DNA from: an uncultured Smithella sp.
GTDB taxonomy: Bacteria; Desulfobacterota; Syntrophia; Syntrophales; Smithellaceae
NCBI GenBank assembly: GCA_964443625.1
Contig: CAYUDM010000008.1
Location: 4,550-68,549, forward strand
DNA: 64,000 nucleotides
Reading direction: 5' to 3'
Both the position numbers and the translations under genes were made by a program. This document shows positions 38,089 through 48,729 of the stretch, in pieces. Numbering within the stretch: the first letter of the stretch is position 1; every line of letters begins with the position of its first letter. The notes beneath the pieces are model-generated. The model did no database searches and was not told the origin of the DNA. It saw nothing but the letters and a program-made list of their open reading frames with translations.

Positions 38089-39387
38089 TCAATCCTCACA
38101 CACCAACGTAATTTTTTCCACCTTGCTTAAGTCCTTCTCGTAAAAGAAGGAGCCGGCAAAAAACATCAGAGCGGAAACCACCAGAAAAACGGGCAAAATC
38201 GACATGGCCATCTGGATGCCGTGAAGGTCGGACAATTTGCCGATCACAATGGGCGCAAGCGACGCTCCCAAAAGGTTCTGAACCACGACGCACACAGAGT
38301 AGGAAATAGCCCGCAGTCCCGGATGGATGACCTCCTGCGTGGCGGTAATGGCGGCCGGGGCGAACGCGGACGCAAGAACCCCCATCCCCAGAAGGGTAAA
38401 ATATTGCGCCTGGCCGGAAAGATACGAAATCGCGATAAAAATGACTGCGGCATTGAGCGCAGTTGTGATCGCAGGAAACAGCAGACGGGCTCTTTGCCGT
38501 TTTTTAAACCACAAATCAGCCAGCCAGCCGCCCAGCGGCAGACCGACAAGCGCCAGGATCATCAGCAGGCTGACTTTCATGCCCGCATCACTCATGGGGA
38601 TGCCTGTCGTTCGATGCAGGTACGGAGGCATCCACATAATAATGGCATTATTGACGAAGATGCAGCCGACAAACCCGAGGTTGGTAAAAATCAGGGAGGG
38701 CGTTCGCAGAAACTCCCGGACAATATCCATTTTCCCCATCTTGATTTTTACGGAAGGGTCTGCGCAGGACGCATCGGTTTTGACCAGCTCCACCGTCTTG
38801 TAATCCTTGATGAAGAAGAAAAGGATCGCGACCAGCGCGCCGGGAATCGCCACCAGGCCGAAAGCATGCCGCCAGCCCCAGTGCGTGGCGATAAAACCAC
38901 CCAGCCCCATCCCGACGGCAATGCCCAGCGGGATGGAAATGTTCCAAAGCCCCATCATGCGGGATCGCTTTTCCGGAGGGAACAATCCGGAGAGCATCGC
39001 CGTGCCTGCCGGGGCATAGCCGGCTTCGCCGATCCCGATGCAGGCGCGGGCCACGAGCAACTGGGGAAAGGTCCGGGTGAAAGCGCAGGCGGCCGTCGCC
39101 AGGCTCCAAAACAGAGCCATCACGCCCACCGTCTTTTTCCGGCTCCAGCGATCCACGATGATGGAAATGGGAAACACCAGAGCCACAATGGACCAGTAAA
39201 CGACCGACATTAAAAGTCCGGCCTGAAAGTCTGAAAGCCCCCACTCCTCTTGAATAAAAGGAGCAAGGGACGCCACAATCGTTCGATCGACGTAATCAAA
39301 GAAATACAAAAGAAACAGCAGCGCGAAAATGTAATAGGTGCTGGCCTTGGACAGTTTGTACTCCCTGGGTGCAGTTTCGTTATTCAT
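38089..39387 (-). CDS. MFS transporter (spinster/ACS-like)
   Basis: DYVDRTIV, DRWSRKK, RACIGIGEA, about 12 TM segments. Confidence 0.93.
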   Translation of the reverse strand: MNNETAPREYKLSKASTYYIFALLFLLYFFDYVDRTIVASLAPFIQEEWGLSDFQAGLLMSVVYWSIVALVFPISIIVDRWSRKKTVGVMALFWSLATAACAFTRTFPQLLVARACIGIGEAGYAPAGTAMLSGLFPPEKRSRMMGLWNISIPLGIAVGMGLGGFIATHWGWRHAFGLVAIPGALVAILFFFIKDYKTVELVKTDASCADPSVKIKMGKMDIVREFLRTPSLIFTNLGFVGCIFVNNAIIMWMPPYLHRTTGIPMSDAGMKVSLLMILALVGLPLGGWLADLWFKKRQRARLLFPAITTALNAAVIFIAISYLSGQAQYFTLLGMGVLASAFAPAAITATQEVIHPGLRAISYSVCVVVQNLLGASLAPIVIGKLSDLHGIQMAMSILPVFLVVSALMFFAGSFFYEKDLSKVEKITLVCED

Positions 39388-39461
39388 AGGAACCCCTTAT
39401 CTCGTGAGAAAAGGCGCAACTTGTCGGACCGTTCCTGAAAGCGGCAACGAGAAATTGTACC

Positions 39462-41159
39462 TTAATTACATTTGTATCCTCCCAGATTGGCCAGGGCGAC
39501 ACTGCCGGGGCTGATCACAGAGGGATCCACTTTAACATTAATACAGGCGGTTTTGCCGGAGGCAAATGCCGCTTCCAAAGCCGGAGCAATATCATCCGGT
39601 TTTTCCACGTACGCGCCGAATCCGCCCAACACCTCCACCATCTTGTGGTAATCCACCCAGCCCAACTCCGTTCCGTTGGGAATGTTGTGACCCAACCGAA
39701 GTGTCTGGCTGTGCGCGATCATCCCCCAGGACGCATCATTGGCAACAACGACCACAATGGGAAGCTTCTTGCGGATGGCCGTGTGGAATTCCATGAAATT
39801 GAAACCGGTTGCCCCATCGCCGATAATCAATAAAACACGCTGATCCGGATGTTTGAGTTTGGCCGCGTTGGCGTAGGGAATACCGACGGCCAGACATCCG
39901 TAAAGACCATAGTCGAGATAGGTGCCTCCTTTGACGACCGTCCGCGTCATACCCATCCACGTGGAGGTATCGCCGCCGTCGGCAACGACGATATCATCGG
40001 GCCGGTTCATGAATTTGTTGACTTCATGGGCCAATCGCATGGGATGCATGGGCAGGGTTTCGCATTCCCACATGGCCTTGGCATCATTCTTCCCGGCTTC
40101 ATGCGCAGCGCGCACAGTCTCCACCCAGGGCGAATACTGCGCCCAGAGCGCATCGCCGATTTTCTGTTCGTCGATCACCGCGTTGAGCTCCTTCAGGAAG
40201 GATTTGATGTCGCTGACAATCGGCAGATCGACGGTGCGGTTGCGTCCGATTTCATCCGGCGCGATATCGACCTGAATAAATTTTGCCGCAGGCGGAAAAA
40301 TGTCGCCGAAGATATAGAAAAGACTCAAACGGCCGCCCAGGAAAAGCACCAGATCGGTGGTCATGAGCGTGATCATGGCCGAGCCGGGCCGGATCGCCAG
40401 GGAGGATTCAAAGCAAAGCGGATGGGTGTCGGGAAGAACGCCGCGCCCCGCGCCGCCCGTGTAAACCGGAATACCGATCTTTTCCACGAATTCGATCATT
40501 TCTTTTTCTGCGTCCGAGTACCACAGACCGCTGCCGCCGATCACGATGGGATTTTTGGCCGCTTTCAGAAGATCAACAACCTTGCGTGTGTTTTCACGGT
40601 CGACCGGTTTGGAGTCGATCGTTGTGCTGGGCTTTCTAACCAGGCTCATGTCCACTTTGGCGTTGAGAATATTGCAGGGAAACTCCAGATAGACGGGTCC
40701 CGGCCGACCGCTCATCGCCGCTCGAAACGCCATATCGACATACTCGGGAATGCGTTCCGGCACATGGCAGACAAAGGCCTTCTTCACCATCGGTTCAATC
40801 ACGGGAAGTTGCGTCATATCCTGAAGGTCCAGCTTTTCGGTGGCCTCGGTGCCCACGCAGCCGGCAATGAGCACCACGGGCGCATTGGAAAGTCGCGCGC
40901 TGGCGATGCCGGTTAAGGCATTGGTGAAACCGGGGCCGGCCGTAACCATCGCCACCGCCGGCTTTCGGGTCATCCGGGCCGACGCTTCGGCCATGAAAAC
41001 GGCCGCCTGTTCGTGACGCACATCAAAAAGGGTGATGTTTGTTTTTTCCAGATACTGATAAATGGGCGTAATGTGCCCGCCGCTTAAGGAATAAATATAA
41101 TCCACGCCCCGGTCGACCAGGGCGTCCGCAACAAGTTTTCCGCCGATAATGTTATCCAT
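39462..41159 (-). CDS. ThDP-dependent enzyme, HACL2/ILVBL/benzaldehyde-lyase-like
   Basis: SGGHI, DVRHE, TAGPG, LQD, ADGGDT, GDG...NDASWG ThDP motif. Confidence 0.85.
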   Translation of the reverse strand: MDNIIGGKLVADALVDRGVDYIYSLSGGHITPIYQYLEKTNITLFDVRHEQAAVFMAEASARMTRKPAVAMVTAGPGFTNALTGIASARLSNAPVVLIAGCVGTEATEKLDLQDMTQLPVIEPMVKKAFVCHVPERIPEYVDMAFRAAMSGRPGPVYLEFPCNILNAKVDMSLVRKPSTTIDSKPVDRENTRKVVDLLKAAKNPIVIGGSGLWYSDAEKEMIEFVEKIGIPVYTGGAGRGVLPDTHPLCFESSLAIRPGSAMITLMTTDLVLFLGGRLSLFYIFGDIFPPAAKFIQVDIAPDEIGRNRTVDLPIVSDIKSFLKELNAVIDEQKIGDALWAQYSPWVETVRAAHEAGKNDAKAMWECETLPMHPMRLAHEVNKFMNRPDDIVVADGGDTSTWMGMTRTVVKGGTYLDYGLYGCLAVGIPYANAAKLKHPDQRVLLIIGDGATGFNFMEFHTAIRKKLPIVVVVANDASWGMIAHSQTLRLGHNIPNGTELGWVDYHKMVEVLGGFGAYVEKPDDIAPALEAAFASGKTACINVKVDPSVISPGSVALANLGGYKCN

Positions 41160-41186
41160 AATAAATCCTCCTAAAACAAATTGATT

Positions 41187-42026
41187 TTATAACTCCATAC
41201 ATTGACCGCCATCGATGTTGATCGCTTGGCCGGTCATATATTTTGACGCATCCGACGCCAGGAAAGCCACCAGGTCGCCCGCTTCGGAAGGCGCGCCGAT
41301 GTAGCCCAGCGGGATCGTCTTGCACATTTCCTTTTCGCGCTCCTCAACCGTTGTGCCAAAGAAGGATGCCTCCAGGCCGAAGCGCCACTTTTCCAGATCG
41401 GTGGCGATCTGCCCCGGACAGATGGCGTTTACCCTTATGCCGTTTCCGCCCAGTTCCTTGGCCATCGTTTTGGTCAGCATGATCACCCCCGCCTTCGCCA
41501 CCGCATAGGCGCTGTTGAAAAGCGGCGGAACTTTTCCGGCCCGGGATGCCGTATTGATGATGACGGCGGGCTTGCCCATCATCAAAGGGATGACGGCTCT
41601 TGAGATGCGGAAGACGGAAAACAGGTTCACATCGATGGTTCTGATCCAGGCCGCCTCGTCATATCCCAAAACTGTATTGGGCACGCCGAAAGACGCGCCC
41701 GCGTTATTGCACAGAATGTCGATGCGGTCGAAGGTCGCTTTGATGGTTTCCACCATGGCGCCGATGGCCTGATTGTCCGTCACGTCCACGGTCACGGCCA
41801 GAGTTTTTACGCCATAGGTCTTGGCAAGCTCCGCGGCGATGGCTTCCATTTCCCCGCTGGTGGCGGATTTCAGGGATTCGCCCGGAACCGGCGGTTGGCC
41901 CAGATCGGCAATCACGATGTTGCATCCGTTTGCGGCCAGTTTTTCGGCAATGGCGTAGCCGATGCCGGTTTTTTTGCCGGCCCCTGTCACGATGGCTGTT
42001 TTTCCTTTCAAATCACTATAAATCAT
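41187..42026 (-). CDS. short-chain dehydrogenase/reductase (likely NAD-dependent)
   Basis: [23 protein letters not shown]; start overlaps the xsc stop, RBS GAAGGAGG. Confidence 0.92.
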   Translation of the reverse strand: MIYSDLKGKTAIVTGAGKKTGIGYAIAEKLAANGCNIVIADLGQPPVPGESLKSATSGEMEAIAAELAKTYGVKTLAVTVDVTDNQAIGAMVETIKATFDRIDILCNNAGASFGVPNTVLGYDEAAWIRTIDVNLFSVFRISRAVIPLMMGKPAVIINTASRAGKVPPLFNSAYAVAKAGVIMLTKTMAKELGGNGIRVNAICPGQIATDLEKWRFGLEASFFGTTVEEREKEMCKTIPLGYIGAPSEAGDLVAFLASDASKYMTGQAINIDGGQCMEL

Positions 42027-43779
42027 CTGCTCCTCCTTCATCATACCAACGACGATAGTCCAGGTGCGCGTACTTGGGAAGCATGCGCGTCGGCAGCGCG
42101 AGCGCATCCTTGCGGAAAGGCGGCGCCAGCTGTTTTCCGTCTACCAGGAATTCCAGCACGGTGGGTTTGCGGCTCTTGATGCAGGCAAGGAATGCCTCCC
42201 GGATATCCTGCGGACGGCTGACCTGCATGCTGTTGGCCCCCATAGCTTTCGCGACCGGCACAAAACTTTCAGGATTCGGAATATCCACGCCGACGAAGCG
42301 GTTATTGTAGAAATCGACCTGGTTTTTGGCCTCCGCGCCCCACCACATATTGCGGAAGACGCAGGCGATCACGGGCAGATTGTGCTCCACGGCCGTGCTG
42401 ACTTCGTGCAGGCTCATTCCCCAGGCGCCGTCACCGATGATGGCGACAACCGGCGACTTGGGCTTGGCAATCTGCGCGCCGAGCGCCGCCGGATAGGCAA
42501 AGCCCGTGTTGCCGAAGGTGAGCGCCGCGATATGCCGGCGGGGATGGTTGAACTTCAGATAGCTGTTGGCTGTTGAGGAAACATTGCCGATATCGGTGGT
42601 CACGATGGCGTCATCTGGAAGCGCCCGTGCGATTTCCAGCAAAACCCGGCGCGGATTCATGGGGTTTCCGTCCACCATCGCCAGATCGACAAGTTCCTTT
42701 TCCCATTTCTTCTTCTCTCGGGCCACCGCCGTCAGCCTCTTTTCATCCGGCTTGCGTTTACCGTCTTTCGCTTTCAGGCGCTTCAGAATTTCCGCGGAGG
42801 CTTCCTTGGCATCCCCGATAATGCCCACGGAAATGGGGTGCGTGCGGGCGATGTGCTTGGGATTGATATCGACCTGGATGATCTTCGCGTTTTCGGGGAA
42901 GTAGTTGATGTCATATTGCGGCAAGGTGCCGAAAACGGACAGCCTGGTGCCGATGGCCAGCATGACGTCGGCTTTCGCCAGCGTCTTCATGGCCGCCTTG
43001 GACCCCATGTAGCCGATGGGCCCGACAGAAAGGGGATGGTTGCCGTAAAACGCATCGTTGTGCAGGTAGGTCACCGCCACCGGCGCCGTCAGATGTTCGG
43101 CGATCGCTTTGACAATGTCCAGCGCGTCGGCGTCCACCACGCCCCGTCCCGAAACAATGACCGGATTTTTCGCCTGCGACAAAAGCTCGGCCGCGCGATC
43201 AAGCTGCTCAATGGCGCCGCAGCCGCGCGCATCCACCCGGTATTGTGACGGCTGCAGAATTCTTTCTTCCAGTTCACCGTAGAAATAGTCGCGGGGAATG
43301 TCATAGAGCACAGCGCCGCGGTCGGCATAGGCGATGCGGAAAGCCGTTCTCAAACAATCAGCCGCCCTCTTCGGATGAGGCACTCGGACAACGGCTTTGG
43401 TGATGGCCCGGAAAACCGACATCTGGTCGCATTCCTGAAAACCGTCCCAGCCGATCGTCGGCGTTCCGGCCGAAGGCGAGAGAATGACCAGCGGCGTATG
43501 CCCCATATTGGCGGCGGCGACCGACGTGACCATATTGGTGATGCCGGGACCGTTTTGCCCGGTGACGACGCCGCAACGCCCCGATACGCGGCAGTAGGCG
43601 TCTTCCATATGCGCGGCGCTCTGTTCGTGGCGGACGGGAATGAATTTTATTCCCGCCGTCGGAAAGAGATCCAGCATGTCCATAAAGGCCGAGCCGACGA
43701 TGCCGCAGACATGATCCACGCCTTCGGCCAGCAGGGTCTCCACAATCGCTTCACTGGGCGTCATTTTGATTTTTTTCAT
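42016..43779 (-). CDS. xsc: sulfoacetaldehyde acetyltransferase
   Basis: [84 protein letters not shown]. Confidence 0.93.
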   Translation of the reverse strand: MKKIKMTPSEAIVETLLAEGVDHVCGIVGSAFMDMLDLFPTAGIKFIPVRHEQSAAHMEDAYCRVSGRCGVVTGQNGPGITNMVTSVAAANMGHTPLVILSPSAGTPTIGWDGFQECDQMSVFRAITKAVVRVPHPKRAADCLRTAFRIAYADRGAVLYDIPRDYFYGELEERILQPSQYRVDARGCGAIEQLDRAAELLSQAKNPVIVSGRGVVDADALDIVKAIAEHLTAPVAVTYLHNDAFYGNHPLSVGPIGYMGSKAAMKTLAKADVMLAIGTRLSVFGTLPQYDINYFPENAKIIQVDINPKHIARTHPISVGIIGDAKEASAEILKRLKAKDGKRKPDEKRLTAVAREKKKWEKELVDLAMVDGNPMNPRRVLLEIARALPDDAIVTTDIGNVSSTANSYLKFNHPRRHIAALTFGNTGFAYPAALGAQIAKPKSPVVAIIGDGAWGMSLHEVSTAVEHNLPVIACVFRNMWWGAEAKNQVDFYNNRFVGVDIPNPESFVPVAKAMGANSMQVSRPQDIREAFLACIKSRKPTVLEFLVDGKQLAPPFRKDALALPTRMLPKYAHLDYRRWYDEGGADDL

Positions 43780-43850
43780 TTTTAAACCTCCAATGCATTC
43801 AAACGTTAATGATCTTCACGAGAAAACGCTTCTTTTCCGAAGGAGCTTTT

Positions 43851-45056
43851 TCACGACTGATTTTGCAAAACCGACCCTGTCTCCCGGGCAATCATCTTCT
43901 CCTCGTCTGTCGGCACGACAAAAACCTTGATCTTCGATTCCGGCGCGGAGATGTCTCTTTCCGGCAAACCGGCCTTGTTTTGATCTTCATCCAGAACAAT
44001 CCCCAACCATGCCAGAAAGGCGCAGATCCGGCCACGCATCGGCGGCGAATTTTCACCGACTCCCGCCGTGAACGCCAGCGCGTCGAGTCCGCCTGCGGCC
44101 GGAATCATAGATCCCACGCCGCGCGCCACGCTGTAGGCGAAAACATTGAGTGCAAGCGTCGCTCTTTCGTTGCCTCGTGCCGCTTCCTTTTCCAAATCCC
44201 GGAAGTCCGGAGAGATGCCGGAAATTCCGAAAACACCGCTTTGCCGGTTCAGAATATCGAGGGCTCCGTCAATCGAACAATGCTCTTTTGCCATCATGTA
44301 GGACACGACCGCCGGGTCAATATCTCCCGAGCGTGTGCCCATGACCAGCCCCGAAAGGGGTGTGAACCCCATCGACGTATCCAGAGACTTGCCTGCCGCC
44401 ACGGCGCAGAGGCTCGATCCCGCCCCGAGGTGACAGGTGATGATTCGGGGCGCATGGATTTTGCCTTGCAGAAGTTCGGCGACGCGGACCGCCACGTAGC
44501 GGTGCGAGGTGCCGTGAAAACCGTAGCGGCGGACAGCATCCTCGCTGTAGTAACGGTAAGGAATCGCGTAGGTATAGGCATAAGGCGGCATAGTGGAATG
44601 GAAGGCCGTATCGAAGACCGCAACTTGCGGCACGCCGGGCATCAATTTCGTGCAGACATCGATGCCCATCAGATTCGGCGGATTGTGCAGTGGCGCAAGC
44701 GCTTTTGTTTTTTCCAGGATTGTCCGGACAGGACCATCGACGATAACGGATGACCGAAACTGTTCACCACCGTGAACGACCCGGTGTCCGACACCGGCAA
44801 TTTCACGGATGTCGGACAAGACACCGTGCTTGGGATCGGCCAGAAAAGACAACAGAACAAGGACCGCCCGCGAATGATCGGGGAGGTCCACGACGGTTTC
44901 CCCGGCTTGCCCCCCGACTGACTCATAGCGAAACCGCGCATCGGAAAGTCCGATCCGGTCGGCCTGACCCGACGCCAGAACCCGGCCTGTTTCCATCTCA
45001 AAGAGTTTGTATTTGAGTGATGAGCTGCCGCAATTTAAAACCAGAATCTTCATCAT
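43851..45056 (-). CDS. ackA: acetate kinase
   Basis: ILVLNCGSSSLKY, GHRVVHGG, APLHNP, FDTAFH, YGFHGTSH, HLGAGSS, FTAGVGEN, PTDEE. Confidence 0.97.
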   Translation of the reverse strand: MMKILVLNCGSSSLKYKLFEMETGRVLASGQADRIGLSDARFRYESVGGQAGETVVDLPDHSRAVLVLLSFLADPKHGVLSDIREIAGVGHRVVHGGEQFRSSVIVDGPVRTILEKTKALAPLHNPPNLMGIDVCTKLMPGVPQVAVFDTAFHSTMPPYAYTYAIPYRYYSEDAVRRYGFHGTSHRYVAVRVAELLQGKIHAPRIITCHLGAGSSLCAVAAGKSLDTSMGFTPLSGLVMGTRSGDIDPAVVSYMMAKEHCSIDGALDILNRQSGVFGISGISPDFRDLEKEAARGNERATLALNVFAYSVARGVGSMIPAAGGLDALAFTAGVGENSPPMRGRICAFLAWLGIVLDEDQNKAGLPERDISAPESKIKVFVVPTDEEKMIARETGSVLQNQS

Positions 45057-45063
45057 GAAAGCC

Positions 45064-46764
45064 TCAATCCAGATCTTCTTTCTCCGGCCACAAATACATG
45101 CCGCCTTCCAGGGTGCGGACATCCGGAAAACCCGCCGCATCCAACACGCGTTGAGCGGAAAACCCTCTCAGCCCGAGAAGACAGACACAGACAATCTTTT
45201 TGTCTTTGGGCAGTTCAGAGAGTCTCGAACGCAGTTCATCAAGCGGAATATTAATCACTTTGGGACTGCTGATGTGAGCGCGCCGAAATTCCCGATCCGA
45301 TCGAACGTCCACCATCAAGACATCGTCGTCATGATCCAGAAGCTCTCTGGCCGCGAGCGCCGTTATCGGTTTCATCAAGCCGGCTGTGACATTTTCCGCA
45401 ACATGAAGCGCCGTGATGAAAACATCCACCGCCTGCGAAAAAGGCGGCGCATAGGCCATATCCAGAGAAGCGATATCCTGAATGGTCGCGCCAAGCCGTA
45501 TGGCGGTCGCGGCCACATCGATACGGCGGACGATATCGCCCTTCCCCACGGCCTGCATTCCCAGAAGCTTGTGAGTGCCGTTTTCCAGGACCAGTTTCAA
45601 TCCCAGAATCTGGCTGTCGGGGTAATAATGGGCCTTATCAAATCCGCATACGGACAGCGCAAAGGCATCGAGGCCCTCTCGCTTTGCCTGCATCTCCGTA
45701 ACACCGGTGGCGCCGACAGAGTAATCAAAGGCCTTGCAGATGAAGGTGCCCTGCACACCGGGAAACTCCGAAGGAATGCCGCAGATGTTGTCGGCAATCA
45801 CCCTGCCGTGTTTGTTGGCGGTGGAGCCCAGCGGAATGTAACAAGGCTTGCCCGTCATGATATGCGTGCTTTCCACCAGGTCTCCGCCGGCATAAATATC
45901 CGGATCGCCGGTCTGCAAACGGGCATTGACCCGAAGCGCGCGAGTTTCGCCCAGGTCCAAACCCGCGGCCACAGCCATCTCCGTATTGGGCTGCAAACCG
46001 GCGGCGACAAGAACAAGGTCGGCGGAATATTCGTTCGTTCGGGTCATAACGCGGCCGATCTTTCCGCTTTGTCCCGCAAAGGAGAGGATCTCAGCGTTCA
46101 ATTCACATTCCACGAGGTTTTCAAAGAAATGCTCCCGGATCATCGCCGAGATTTCATAGTCGAGCATTCCCGGAAAAAGCTGCCCTTCACGTTCCAGAAG
46201 CGTCACGTCCCATTTTCTGGCGCGCAGGGCTTCTGCCATCTCCACTCCGATAAAGCCTCCACCGACGATCACGGCGGCGCCGGGCTTGCGCTTTTCGATC
46301 TCGCTCGCCAGGGCATTGGCATCTTCCATGCGGGTCAGATGGTATATCCCTTTTAAATCCGATCCCGGAATCGGAGGCATCTTAGGCCTTGCGCCCATCG
46401 CGAGCACCAGAGCATCATATTCAAATGAGAGCAATTCCCCTGTGACCATGTTCGTCGCACCGACCGTGCGATGTTTCCGGTCGATGGAGAGAACCCTGAT
46501 CTGCGTGCAAATGGTCGTATCCTTGAGATCCTTAAAATACTGGACGTCGCGAATCCGGCCATACGTGGTTTTCATCAGATCGTCCCGCTCGCGGATTTTT
46601 CCTTCCAGATAGTACGGCATGCCGCAGGCGGCATAGGATATAAACCGGCTCTGGTCCAAAATGGTAACCGCATAGTCGGGACGCAGGCGTTTGATGCGCG
46701 AGGCGGCTTTCGCGCCGCAGGCGGATGCTCCGATGATCAGAATTTGCTTTGAATCATTCATCAT
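45064..46764 (-). CDS. CoA-disulfide/persulfide reductase-rhodanese flavoprotein (CoADR-RHD/Npsr-like)
   Basis: IIGASACG FAD site, SYAACGMPY redox Cys, GGGFIGVE NADH site, YAPPF, C-terminal rhodanese DVRS...CLLGLRG. Confidence 0.88.
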   Translation of the reverse strand: MMNDSKQILIIGASACGAKAASRIKRLRPDYAVTILDQSRFISYAACGMPYYLEGKIRERDDLMKTTYGRIRDVQYFKDLKDTTICTQIRVLSIDRKHRTVGATNMVTGELLSFEYDALVLAMGARPKMPPIPGSDLKGIYHLTRMEDANALASEIEKRKPGAAVIVGGGFIGVEMAEALRARKWDVTLLEREGQLFPGMLDYEISAMIREHFFENLVECELNAEILSFAGQSGKIGRVMTRTNEYSADLVLVAAGLQPNTEMAVAAGLDLGETRALRVNARLQTGDPDIYAGGDLVESTHIMTGKPCYIPLGSTANKHGRVIADNICGIPSEFPGVQGTFICKAFDYSVGATGVTEMQAKREGLDAFALSVCGFDKAHYYPDSQILGLKLVLENGTHKLLGMQAVGKGDIVRRIDVAATAIRLGATIQDIASLDMAYAPPFSQAVDVFITALHVAENVTAGLMKPITALAARELLDHDDDVLMVDVRSDREFRRAHISSPKVINIPLDELRSRLSELPKDKKIVCVCLLGLRGFSAQRVLDAAGFPDVRTLEGGMYLWPEKEDLD

Positions 46765-47945
46765 TTTATGCCTTTGTTTTCGCACCTGACGTTGTCTACA
46801 TCCTTGCGGACGGCGACAAAAATCCGGTACAGTAAGGTCAGAATCAAAAGTCCCACCGCCCAGATGCCCAGTGTGATGGCGATTTCCGGTCCCGTCGGGT
46901 GATATTCGGAAATGGCTTCCAGCGGCGATGGAATAAACCCGGTAATGACCAGACCCAGGCCCTTTTCAATCCAGAGCGAGACAAAGACGGCGACGCAGGC
47001 CAGAGCCAGCCACCCTTCATTATGCCGGATCTTTGGAATAACCAGCATGAGCAGCGCAGCAAACGCCAGCAAGGCAGAGGCCCACATCCAGGGGACCAGG
47101 TTGTCATAGCCGTGCAGGCCGGCAAACAAATAGATGAAGTGAGCCTCATGCTCCGGCAGACCGCTGTAAAAGACCGTGAAGATTTCCACCCCGACGAAAA
47201 AGATACTGATGGCCAGCGCGTAGGCGACGATTTTCGATAACGTCCGGATCGCTTTTTGACCCGCGTCGAAACGGCCGAGATACTTCAGAATCAGGCAAAT
47301 CAGAATCAATAGCGCCGGGCCCGAGGCAAACGCGGAGGCCAGAAACCGAGGCGCCATGATGGCGGTGAGCCAGAAGCTCCGCCCCGGAAGGCCTGCATAG
47401 ATGAAGGCTGTTACCGTATGGATGCTGATCGCCCAGGGAATCGACAGGTAGATGATCGGCTTGACCCAGGAAGGCGGCGGGATTTCTTTTTTTGTACAGG
47501 ACAAAACAACCCAGCCGGTGATCAGATTGATCAACAAATACCCCGACAGGACCACCATATCCCAAAAAAGAATGGATGCCGGCTGCGGATGCAGAAGCAC
47601 GTTCATCACACGGGAGGGCTGGCCCAGATCAACAACAACAAACAGGATGCACATCACAACGGCGGCGACGGCGAGAAACTCGCCCAGGACGGTGATCCTG
47701 CCGAATGCCTTGTAGTCGTGCAGGTAGTAGGGCAAAACCAGCATCACGGCCGAGGCGGCCACGCCGACCAGAAAGGTGAACTGGGCGATGTAGAGTCCCC
47801 AGGAAACATCCCGGCTCATCCCCGTGATTCCCAGGCCGTAGTCCAGCTGCTGAAGATAAAAGAAGAAACCGGTTGCGGCAAGTCCCAGCAGAAAGGCGAT
47901 CCAGACCCAGTAAACGCGGCTGCCTTTTAAGGCTTTTTCCAGCAT
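46761..47945 (-). CDS. dsrP: DsrP (NrfD/PsrC family membrane subunit)
   Basis: GITGMSRDVSWGLYIAQFTFLVGVAASA, DLGQP, SILFWD, SIHTVTAF, PRFLASAF. Confidence 0.95.
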   Translation of the reverse strand: MLEKALKGSRVYWVWIAFLLGLAATGFFFYLQQLDYGLGITGMSRDVSWGLYIAQFTFLVGVAASAVMLVLPYYLHDYKAFGRITVLGEFLAVAAVVMCILFVVVDLGQPSRVMNVLLHPQPASILFWDMVVLSGYLLINLITGWVVLSCTKKEIPPPSWVKPIIYLSIPWAISIHTVTAFIYAGLPGRSFWLTAIMAPRFLASAFASGPALLILICLILKYLGRFDAGQKAIRTLSKIVAYALAISIFFVGVEIFTVFYSGLPEHEAHFIYLFAGLHGYDNLVPWMWASALLAFAALLMLVIPKIRHNEGWLALACVAVFVSLWIEKGLGLVITGFIPSPLEAISEYHPTGPEIAITLGIWAVGLLILTLLYRIFVAVRKDVDNVRCENKGIK

Positions 47946-47952
47946 GGCATCC

Positions 47953-48729
47953 TCACAGGATATAATAGATCTGCGGCGCGGTGCCTAAGTGGGGCCGCCT
48001 TCGCAGGTTAAAACGTGTTTCCAGAAGTTTGCGGATTTCCGAGCTCGGATCCTCCAGATCACCGAACACGATGGCTTTGTGTTTGCAAGCCAGGACACAG
48101 GCCGGAAGCTGTCCTTTGGCCAGCCGCTCTTCACAGAAGTTGCACTTCTCCACGACGCCTCTGGCGCGTGTCGGAAAGTCCGGATGGAGCTTCGCGATAA
48201 ACGGGCGCGGGTCGCGGAAATTCATGCTCCGCGCGCCGTAGGGACAGGCGGCCATGCAAAGCCGGCAGCCGATGCAGCGGTGGTAATCCATCATGACGAT
48301 GCCGTCTTGCCGTTTAAACGTCGCCTGCGTCGGGCAGACCCGGACACAGGGAGGATTTTCGCACTGATTGCACAAAACGGGAATTCTGAGATTCTGAATC
48401 GCTTTTCCCTGGTAGGGGTGATCCTCCGCCGGAAAAACGGAAGAAAAAGGCTCGGTCCAGATCCACTTGACTTCATCTTTGGGATTGCTGAAGTCGGGGA
48501 CATTATGCACCGCGTGGCAGGCGGTGATGCAGTCGGTGCAGTCGGTGCTGCATCGGGACATATCAATCGCCATGGCCCAACGCTTGGCCGAAAGCGAGTT
48601 GACGGACAAAGAAGTCTGCCCCGGAATCGGGAAGTTTTCGCCCGCCCGGGCCGGAAGAAGGGGGAACGTGATCAACGTCAAGGCGGACGCTCCGGCAATT
48701 TTCAAAAAGTCTCTGCGGTTCGTCGTCAT
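47953..48729 (-). CDS. dsrO: DsrO, Tat-exported 4Fe-4S protein
   Basis: RRDFLK Tat motif, CxxCxxxC clusters, CIGCRLCMAACP, VEKCNFC. Confidence 0.95.
   Translation of the reverse strand: MTTNRRDFLKIAGASALTLITFPLLPARAGENFPIPGQTSLSVNSLSAKRWAMAIDMSRCSTDCTDCITACHAVHNVPDFSNPKDEVKWIWTEPFSSVFPAEDHPYQGKAIQNLRIPVLCNQCENPPCVRVCPTQATFKRQDGIVMMDYHRCIGCRLCMAACPYGARSMNFRDPRPFIAKLHPDFPTRARGVVEKCNFCEERLAKGQLPACVLACKHKAIVFGDLEDPSSEIRKLLETRFNLRRRPHLGTAPQIYYIL

Noticed and set aside
39462-41159. Calling this gene a second xsc or a biosynthetic ilvB
   Set aside because: It lacks the Xsc signatures (GSAFMD, KNQVDFY), and there is no ilvH/ilvC context; its motifs fit the HACL2/BAL-like group better.
2663-46356. 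Long antisense ORFs, e.g. 2663-3772, 7558-8709, 12054-13118, 13851-15065, 32219-33310, 33353-34690, 39849-40916, 45007-46356
   Set aside because: They lie opposite well-supported genes, lack recognisable motifs, and are expected in GC-rich, codon-biased DNA.
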